Below are positions 54,457 through 64,000 of a stretch of 64,000 nucleotides of DNA, one piece after another. Position 1 is the stretch's first letter. Each line of letters begins with the position of its first letter. Origin of the DNA: Macrostomum lignano (taxonomy: Eukaryota); assembly GCA_002269645.1 (NCBI GenBank), contig NIVC01003743.1:15462-79461 (forward strand), read 5' to 3'. The position numbers and the translations under genes are program-made. Under the pieces are notes generated by a model. It had not been told where the DNA came from and did not search any database. It saw only the letters and a list, made by a program, of their open reading frames with translations.

Positions 54457-56951
54457 ATGCCGAAGCACAAGAAAAAGGACAGACAGTCATTGGCTGGTCG
54501 TCGCAGCTTGGCGCCTGGCCAAGGAGGCGACGCCGTTGGTGCAGCGGCGGGAGCTCCAGATCTGGACGACGAGGACACGGATGGGATGAGCGTGGCCAGC
54601 ATTGCCGGCTCCGATGTGCCCGCGCAGGACGAAGCGGCCGAGGGAGCCGATGCGGAAACTGTTGGCGATGAGGAACGGCTCGTCGATATGGTTGAGCGGC
54701 TGGGCGAGAAGCGGGCTGAGTCCAGGATTAAAACTCTTACAGGTGCGACTGGCTGCTTGCCGCCTGCTCAGGGTGATGATGCTTCTAAATCCTCAGTAGC
54801 TGGGCCAGCCTCTTAGATCTTCAGTTGTTGGACCAGCCTCCCAGATCCTCAGTTGCTATGCCAGTCTCCCAGATCCTCAGTTGCTGCCAGTCCTCCCAGA
54901 TCCTCAGTTGCTAGCCTCCCAGAGTGTCAGTTGCTCCACCATCCTCCCAGATCCTCAGTTGCTAAGCCAGTCTCCCAGATCCTCAGTTGCTGGCCAGCCT
55001 CCCAGATCCCCAGTTGTGGCCAGCCTCCCAGATCCCAGTACACTACTGGTTGAACTCAGCCATCAACAGTCCTTATCCCCTACTCAACCCCTGCAGCCAT
55101 GGTGTCGCTGCTCCGCTGCAGCGTATTACACCTGCCGCCCACCTGGAGCCACCTGTTCACCCTCACCAGCGGCCTGGAGCGATGCGCCCGCAAAGGCCAA
55201 GGCATCGAACGGGTGCTGGCCATCGACGCATTCAGCCTGCTGTGCCTTCAGCTGGACGCCGACGAGCTGACCCAGGACATGGCGGAGTTCAAGCAGCTGC
55301 TGTTGAACATTCTCACCGACAAGAGCGGCGCCGAGCTTCGCGTCCGAGCGGCCGCCTGCAGCGCCCTGGCTCTTGGCACTTTTGTTAGCCCGCAGACTGA
55401 CAGCGGCCGGCTAAGCGAGATGTTGGCCAATTTCGAAGCGATTTTCTCCGCTTCCGGTCATAAAGGCGACGGCAGTGTGCCAGTTCATTCTTCGGAAGTT
55501 TGCGACCTGCACGAGTCCGCTATTGACGCCTGGTGCCTGCTGTTCACCTTCGCCGGGCAGGACCTGGTGCGAGCGGCTCTGCAAAAGCAGATGCGTAAAT
55601 TCACTGAGATTCTGGAGAGCGGCGATGTCGATTTGCGAATTCTGGCTGGTCAAGCCATCGCTCTTATCTATGAGGGCGCCTGGGACACTCAGGTTAGCTG
55701 GCACTCGCTTCCTTTGTCCCCCATTCGTGTCTTCCCTCCTCATGTCTTCCCCCTTCATGTCTTCCTCCCTTCATGTCTTCCTCCCTTCATGTCTTCCTCC
55801 CTTCCATGTCTTCCTCCCTTCATGTCTTCCTCCCTTCATGTCTTCCTCCCTTCCATGTCTTCCTCCCTTCCATGTCTTCCTCCCTTCATGTCTTCCTCCC
55901 TTCCATGTCTTCCTCCCTTCATGTCTTCCTCCCTTCATGTCTTCCTCCCTTCCATGTCTTCCTCCCTTCCATGTCTTCCTCCCTTCATGTCTTCCTCCCT
56001 TCCATGTCTTCCTCTTCATGTCTTCCTCCCTTCCATGTCTTCCTCCCTTCCATGTCTTCCTCCCTTCCATGTCTTCCTCCCTTCATGTCTTCCTCCCTTC
56101 CATGTCTTCCTCCCTTCCATGTCTTCCTCCCTTCCATGTCTTCCTCCCTTCCATGTCTTCCTCCCTTCCATGTCTTCCTCCCTTCATGTCTTCCTCCCTT
56201 CATGTCTTCCTCCCTTCCATGTCTTCCTCCCTTCCATGTCTTCCTCCCTTCCATGTCTTCCTCCCTTCATGTCTTCCTCCCTTCCATGTCTTCCTCCCTT
56301 CATGTCTTCCTCCCTTCCATGTCTTCCTCCCTTCCATGTCTTCCTCCCTTCCATGTCTTCCTCCCTTCCATGTCTTCCTGAATTCCATGTCTTCCTCCTT
56401 TCATGTCTTTCTCCCTTCATCTCATTCACCCTTAATCTCTTGTTATTTTCACCACCTCTGCCGCACTGTTTCTGTCATTAAAAATCGCCTGTCTGTCAAT
56501 TTAAATTCCCATTCAGGGCGAAGGGTTCCGGCCGCCGCGCCTGCCGGACCTCAAAGAGACAGTCCATCAGTTGTCAATCGACGGCGCCAAAAGTCGCGCC
56601 AAAGTTGACCGGCGCCGCCAGCGCGCCAATTTCCGGGACATATTCGCTTACATCACTACTGGCGAGTTCAGCAACCAGGAGGTGAAGCTCGGACAGTCTG
56701 GCGAGGTGCTCATTCTGGACGACTGGACCGCGAAGATCCGGTATCATTTCTTTAGCCAAGTTCTGCAACAGGGCACCAACACTCATATGGAGCAGAATAG
56801 TTTTGTTCGCCAGGTGTTCGGTCTGGGGCCGCCAGTGCTCAAGGTACCAGCGGCGGACCTGGCGGCGGCCGAATGTCGAAAACTGAGCGACGCTGCCTGC
56901 TGCAGGCGAATGAGAAATTTCTCAAACAGAATCGCAACGCCAACGGACTAA
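54457..56951 (+). CDS. IFRD: Interferon-related developmental regulator (IFRD1/IFRD2 family); exons 54457-54742, 55097-55692, 56517-56951 (438 aa)
   Basis: N-terminal MPKHKKK, EKRAESRI, AAACSALALGTF, AIDAWCLLFT, VDLRILAGQAIALIYE, LSIDGAKSRAKVDRRRQRANFRDI and WTAKIRY. The junctions are in frame and GT-AG. Confidence 0.92.
54785..55042. repeat. ~26-28-bp minisatellite (CCTCCCAGATCCTCAGTTGCT...)n in IFRD intron 1
   Basis: About 9 variant units. Confidence 0.85.
55728..56412. repeat. 16/17-bp pyrimidine-rich minisatellite (CATGTCTTCCTCCCTT[C])n in IFRD intron 2
   Basis: Tandem periodicity read directly. Confidence 0.95.
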
Positions 56952-59199
56952 GCGGCAATTGCGACTGAGCGAGAGCAGTAGTAGTGGCTTGAACTAATTA
57001 ACTGGCTATTGGTAATTTTATTTGGTTTTACTAAAACATTATTCTCCATTTTATTAGCTTCCCAACCTCTGCTGACGGCCTTTCGTTAATTTAATAAATA
57101 GTCTAATCTTTGTTTGCAACTCTGCCGAGACTCATTCGACCATATTAGTTAATTAGGATAGAACTGTCAGCTTGAAATTTGTTCGCTTATTCTACTACTG
57201 TCTTCAGCAAGTAGCATGATAAGAATGCGTACTGTATTATTATTATTATATCAGTGCCCTAACTATTTATTTTTCAAGTCTTGAACAGAAAGCTTTTGTC
57301 TGCAATTTTTCGAACAGACATAATTAATCGTTAATCGAGGCTTGATAATTTCTCTAATATTTAATTTTGTTTTGCTGTTGTGCGCTGCCGGCAGGATTCA
57401 AGCGATTTAATGAAATAAATTATTGCACTGTCATTCTGTCTAAAGAAACTACTTTGATAGCGGGGGATCGTAAAGAACTGTAAGTTTAAACTAGACAATG
57501 CAGTAAATATTTGTTATTTTGTTATCAAGTGTTATGATTGATTTTTATTAAAGTACATTGCAAACAGAAGAGAATTTATTGGTAAATAAAGTTAGTCTTT
57601 TTAGTAGTAAACAAAGAAAAGAAAAGCATAATAAAAGTAGTTATAACGTTAAATATAAAATATTTTATTAAGCATTTTAATACGAATTTCGCGTGCAATG
57701 CATGTGACAAGCCAGAAAAATGAACAAAAAAATATTTACGCGGGTATTTTGGACGAACAGAAATTTAAATGGTACCGTAGTAATCAGTAAATTTTCAAGT
57801 GCCGGACAATTACAGGTGCACAGTTACAGAAGCCAAAATGAAACACATGTCAACAGCAATATAGCAAAATTATGCATATGATTATATTATTAAAGTTTTT
57901 ATATTAATATTAAAGTTTTTTTGCTTGACAACAGAAAACGCGAATGGACAAGCAAAGCAAAGCAGTGTCGGAGGTAGCTCTTCCATATCGGTGAAAGGAG
58001 AGAAACTGAGCTTAGAAATATGCAATAATGCATACGAATAATCTAGATATGATTGCTTTGCAAACTAATAAATCTGTGTGTTGATAGCCAGTTAATATAA
58101 AATAGTAAACTAAGTAAACACCTATAAGATATTATTATCACAGACAACATACGCGTTTGCTAAATAAAGAATGTTTCATTATAAAAAACCTGTCATCAAA
58201 GGACAAAAAAGTGCCGATAGGCAAGGTGTAAAAATATGATTATTAGAACATCAAAAAATAATATGCGCGCATTAGAGGAAATGTGATCCAACAGAGGAGA
58301 TTGTACTACAAATATGATTATATATGAAATTATGGAAACTGTGTATTCGAATAGACTAGATGTAAGTATTTCAAAAGCTGCTCGATCGATTGATACGATC
58401 CAGTCGTGCTGATCAGGAATTCTTCTATCTGGGCTAAAAGTGCGAAAAACAATTCCCAAATTTCAAGACTTCCTGGCCAGTAAACAACTGCCCCCCCCCC
58501 TATAAAAAACAGAATCGTAAAACTGCACTAAAAACAGACTTATAGCGGAAAATTTTCGTTGAGTAAACCGTTGTGACTGAATAAAATGCTAAACATTTTA
58601 CAAAAAGCCTCGTCATCGAAATCGTTAACAAAAATTGGAATTCAATGGAATAAGCGAAAATAAACTATAAATTAATACAAAACTCGAATGTGTGGTTGCA
58701 ATTGAAGCTCAAGCAAAAGACAAATATTATAATGTTGACTCGCATCGATGCTAAAGGGAATAAAGTTAAAATATTAACATAAATAAACAAAACAAGCAAA
58801 GCATTGATAAACAATTGTTTGACATTAATTATACATAACTTAAAGATGTAAAAGTGGCAGACAGAGGAAATCAAAGTGAAAATTTAGGAATATATAATTA
58901 GATAATGCGATGCTTATTAATAATTAATTGACAGCGAGCATATGTAAACTGAATCAATAATCCCCTCAGTTACAATATACATATAACTTAAAAACTATAT
59001 TTCTTAATCATTGGTAAACTAGAAAAGTAAAACCTCTGCATCTCTTGCATTTGCTAAGGATAATAATAATTATATTATAATTATAAGCCAAATAAACTAA
59101 TATAGTGAAGTTTTAGCTTTTATAGCCGAATTAAAATGATTCAACCAACATTGCCATGCCGATAGGCTGTTTCTCACTGCCATTGCCGCTGCCATCCTA

Positions 59200-59331
59200 C
59201 TAGGTAGCGGCCGTCGCGGCTGTCCCTGTTGTACTCGAAGCCGACGAGGTGGCAGCGGCGGCGGCGGCCTCCTTGCTCTGCAGGTGCAAACGCCTGAGCA
59301 GATTCATCACGGCCGTGGCGTTGTAGGCTTT
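59200..59331 (-). CDS. Terminal exon of a CaMKI-like kinase (calmodulin-binding tail); upstream exons were not found in the window
   Basis: Minus strand ACAATACAG|AAA GCC TAC AAC gives KAYNATAVMNLLRRLHLQSKEAAAAAATSSASSTTGTAATAAT followed by two TAG stops. This resembles the CaMKI/CMK-1 'WK(Q/K)A(F/Y)NA.A' calmodulin-binding segment. Confidence 0.7.
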   Translation of the reverse strand, partial: KAYNATAVMNLLRRLHLQSKEAAAAAATSSASSTTGTAATAAT

Positions 59332-59397
59332 CTGTATTGTTTATTAGGGCACGGAATGCTATTGTTAGGGTGGACGCAATAGATGCACGATAAATAA

Positions 59398-61065
<1,668 letters not shown>

Positions 61066-61747
61066 GAATTTCACTAGAAGGCAGTGCATAGGAACATATA
61101 AGCAGAATAATAATTTCAGCTTTAGTAGGGCTGGGTAAACAGAGAAAACATGCCGGATCCAACTCGAAATTCCCTCAACTCGAATTCAGCGAGAGCTTGG
61201 CGTGCCTTGCACAGCAGCCAAATTACGTTAGTAAACATTATGACTATGCATATGGATATCGTCACGGAGATTCAATTAAAAAGTCTATAGCAAGGCAAAT
61301 CCCTCAGCAAAGTCTATCGGCTACATACTGTTTGTATTCTGTAGGCGAAACAGGGAGCTCTTGACTCCCCATCTGGATAGGATAATGAGATTAAAGCACC
61401 TGATCCTTGCATACTCTGTGAAGGGATATGAAGCAGAGCAAAGTATGGGGGATAAGCATGACGCACTAAAACCATGATATTAAATTTTGCTCAAGAATAC
61501 TCTGGGTGTCATTTCAGCATTCGGGGTTATGATCTTTATATGCAATAATAATTATACATGCTCATGTGTATCCGCTTTGGCTGAAGCGATGTTGCTGAGA
61601 ACTTTGTAGGATTGAGGCAGAGGGCCTCCGCCCCCCCACGATCGCTCCCACAACAAAAATTTCGCTCCTTCAAAGACTAAATGAAACGGATAACCAAGCT
61701 CGACAGATGACAGCAGCTCAAATTTTGTTAACTATGGGACGTCACTA

Positions 61748-62860
61748 TGAGGCGCCAACCAAGAGACAGGGGCGCCAACAAGAGACAGCGCCAACCAAGA
61801 GACAGGGGCGCCCAACAAGAGACAGGGGCGCCAACCAAGAGACAGGGGCGCCAACCAAGAGACAGGGGCGCCAACCAAGAGACAGGGGCGCCACCAAGAG
61901 ACAGGGGCGCCAACCAAGAGACAGAGGCGCCCAACAAGAGACAGAGGCGCCAACCAAGAGACAGGCGCCAACCAAGACACAGAGGCGCCAACCAAGAGAC
62001 AGGGCGCCAACAAGAGACAGAGGCGCCAACAAGAGACGGGCGCCCAACAAGAGACAGAGGCGCCCAACAAGAGACAGATATTGGCGCCCTTTAGAATTGT
62101 GACCCTCTCCAAGAACTGAGTAACCAAGCACAAGAGGCGCCAACCAAGAGACAGGGGCGAACAAAGATACAGAGGCGCCCAACAGAGACAGAGGCGCCAA
62201 CCATGAGACAGAGGCGCCAACCATGCGACAGAGGCGCCCAACAAGAGACAGAGGCGCCCAACAAGAGACAGAGGCGCCCAACAAGAGACAGAGGCGCCCA
62301 ACAAGAGACAGAGGCGCCCAACAAGAGACAGAGGCGCCCAACAAGAGACAGAGGCGCCCAACAAGAGACAGAGGCGCCAACAAGAGACAGGGGCGCCAAC
62401 CAAGATACAGAGGCGCCAACAAGAGACAGGGGCGCCAACCAAGATACTGAGGCGCCAACCAAGACACAGAGGCGCCAACCAAGAGACAGGGGCGCCAACA
62501 AAGATACAGAGGCGCCCAACAAGAGACAGAGGCGCCAACCATGAGACAGAGGCGCCAACCATGCGACAGAGGCGCCCAACAAGAGACAGGGGCGCCAACC
62601 AAGAGACAGAGGCGCCCAACAAGAGACAGAGGCGCCCAACAAGAGACAGGGGCGCCAACCAAGACACAGAGGCGCCAACCAAGACACAGAGGCGCCAACC
62701 AAGAGACAGGGGCGCCAACCAAGAGACAGAGGCGCCCAACAAGAGACAGAGGCGCCCAACAAGAGACAGAGGCGCCCAACAAGAGACAGAGGCGCCCAAC
62801 AAGAGACAGAGGCGCCAACCAAGAGACAGAGGCGCCCAACAAGAGACCAGATATTGGCGC
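61748..62860. repeat. 20/21-bp minisatellite (CAAGAGACAGAGGCGCCCAA)n
   Basis: Tandem periodicity read directly. The end block CAGATATTGGCGCCCTTTAGAATTGTGACCCTCTCCAA is duplicated at ~62075 and ~62848. Confidence 0.95.
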
Positions 62861-63589
62861 CCTTTAGAATTGTGACCCTCTCCAATTAGAATTTCTCCCT
62901 AGTAAGCCATTGCAGGGAAGAGCTGCTGCTACGCCTCATGTTTCTTAACGGATGAGAAAGAAAGTAAAGTATAGATACATAAACCCGAGGCGTACAGTGC
63001 GGCAGCTCCAGGCCTCCAGGAAGGAAACAAAGAAAATTAATATCCGCACATCGCCAAAATTAATAGAGGTAGAGAGCAAGAGGTACAGCACAATTTGGTA
63101 TCGAATCTTTCAAGCTATGCAGCTAATAGGCTGACTACATCCGAGCTATAATCGAACTTAATGATGAAATATAGGTAGGAATTCTGAGGAGATACCATAG
63201 CCTGATCTGCTGCCGCTGATAATAATCAATCTACATTAGCTACGTATTAGATAATAATATTCTGATCAAGCCTGAGTTCTCCTGTAGCTGTTATTGTCTG
63301 TCGTTTTCTCTGCTATTCTCATCATATCCTCTTCTAGAGATTCGCCACATGGCTAATTTACTTTCTCACGAGCAAAGGGGAGCATCTCTGGTTAGACAGG
63401 ATTTCCATTTAGTTGGGAAGGAGAATGAGAAATGCTAATTTCCACCTTGTTTGAGCTGTCGCACTGTGGGAGCTGAGCTTTTGGGGGGGGGCAGGTGGAA
63501 ATGTAAGACAAGTTAGCTTGGGATTTATAAACCCACTATTCGGCGCCATATCTATTATTCGAGTATTTGGCGCATTTCTCTATTAGTAT

Positions 63590-64000
63590 TGGGAGTATAA
63601 TCTATTAGTATTGGGAGCCATTATCTATTAGTATTGGGAGCCATATCTATTAGTATTGGGAGCCATATCTATTAGTATTGGGAGCCATATCTATTAGTAT
63701 TGGGAGCCATATCTATTAGTATTGGGAGCCATATCTATTAGTATTGGGAGCCATATCTATTAGTATTGGGAGCCATATCTATTAGTATTGGGAGCCATAT
63801 CTATTAGTATTGGAGCAATATCTATTAGTATTGGGAGCCATATCTATTAGTATTGGGAGCCATATCTATTAGTATTGGGAGCCATATCTATTAGTATTGG
63901 GAGCCATATTATTAGTATTGGGAGCCATATCTATTAGTATTGGGAGCCATATCTATTAGTATTGGGAGCCATATCTATTAGTATTGGAGCCATATCTATT
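63590..64000. repeat. 22-bp minisatellite (TATTAGTATTGGGAGCCATATC)n running off the window end
   Basis: Tandem periodicity read directly. Confidence 0.95.

Noticed and set aside
61707-62885. Multiple overlapping ORFs up to 365 aa on both strands
   Set aside because: They are all products of the 20/21-bp minisatellite.

Overview
Eukaryotic (animal) genomic DNA. GC-rich exons sit in AT-rich intergenic DNA, and the gene bodies are packed with minisatellites. This architecture resembles the flatworm Macrostomum, but the species is inferred, not shown. Six spliced + strand genes can be built from GT-AG junctions that keep the reading frame: a Klumpfuss-like C2H2 zinc-finger factor, USP22/Nonstop, DUS4-like tRNA dihydrouridine synthase, AMPK alpha, an alpha-arrestin and IFRD. 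On the - strand lie the last exon of a CaMKI-like kinase (absent from the ORF track) and an orphan 136-aa ORF whose tryptophans follow a heptad register. Mobile DNA includes a 9-bp-TSD foldback element, four hAT MITEs with 8-bp TSDs, a hAT transposase remnant, a Helitron-like element, an RTE-type RT fragment, a CORE-SINE-like element and a young RNase H-bearing LINE 3' end. The most notable observations are: (1) a hAT MITE family carrying a decayed 28S rRNA helix-69/R2-target segment (two copies plus a third unlinked fragment); (2) a Trp-zipper-like orphan coiled coil; (3) all 15 introns seen contain their own private tandem array, one built from splice-site-like units. Most long ORFs in the supplied track are tandem-repeat artefacts. 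No CRISPR array, tRNA gene or intact rRNA gene was seen.
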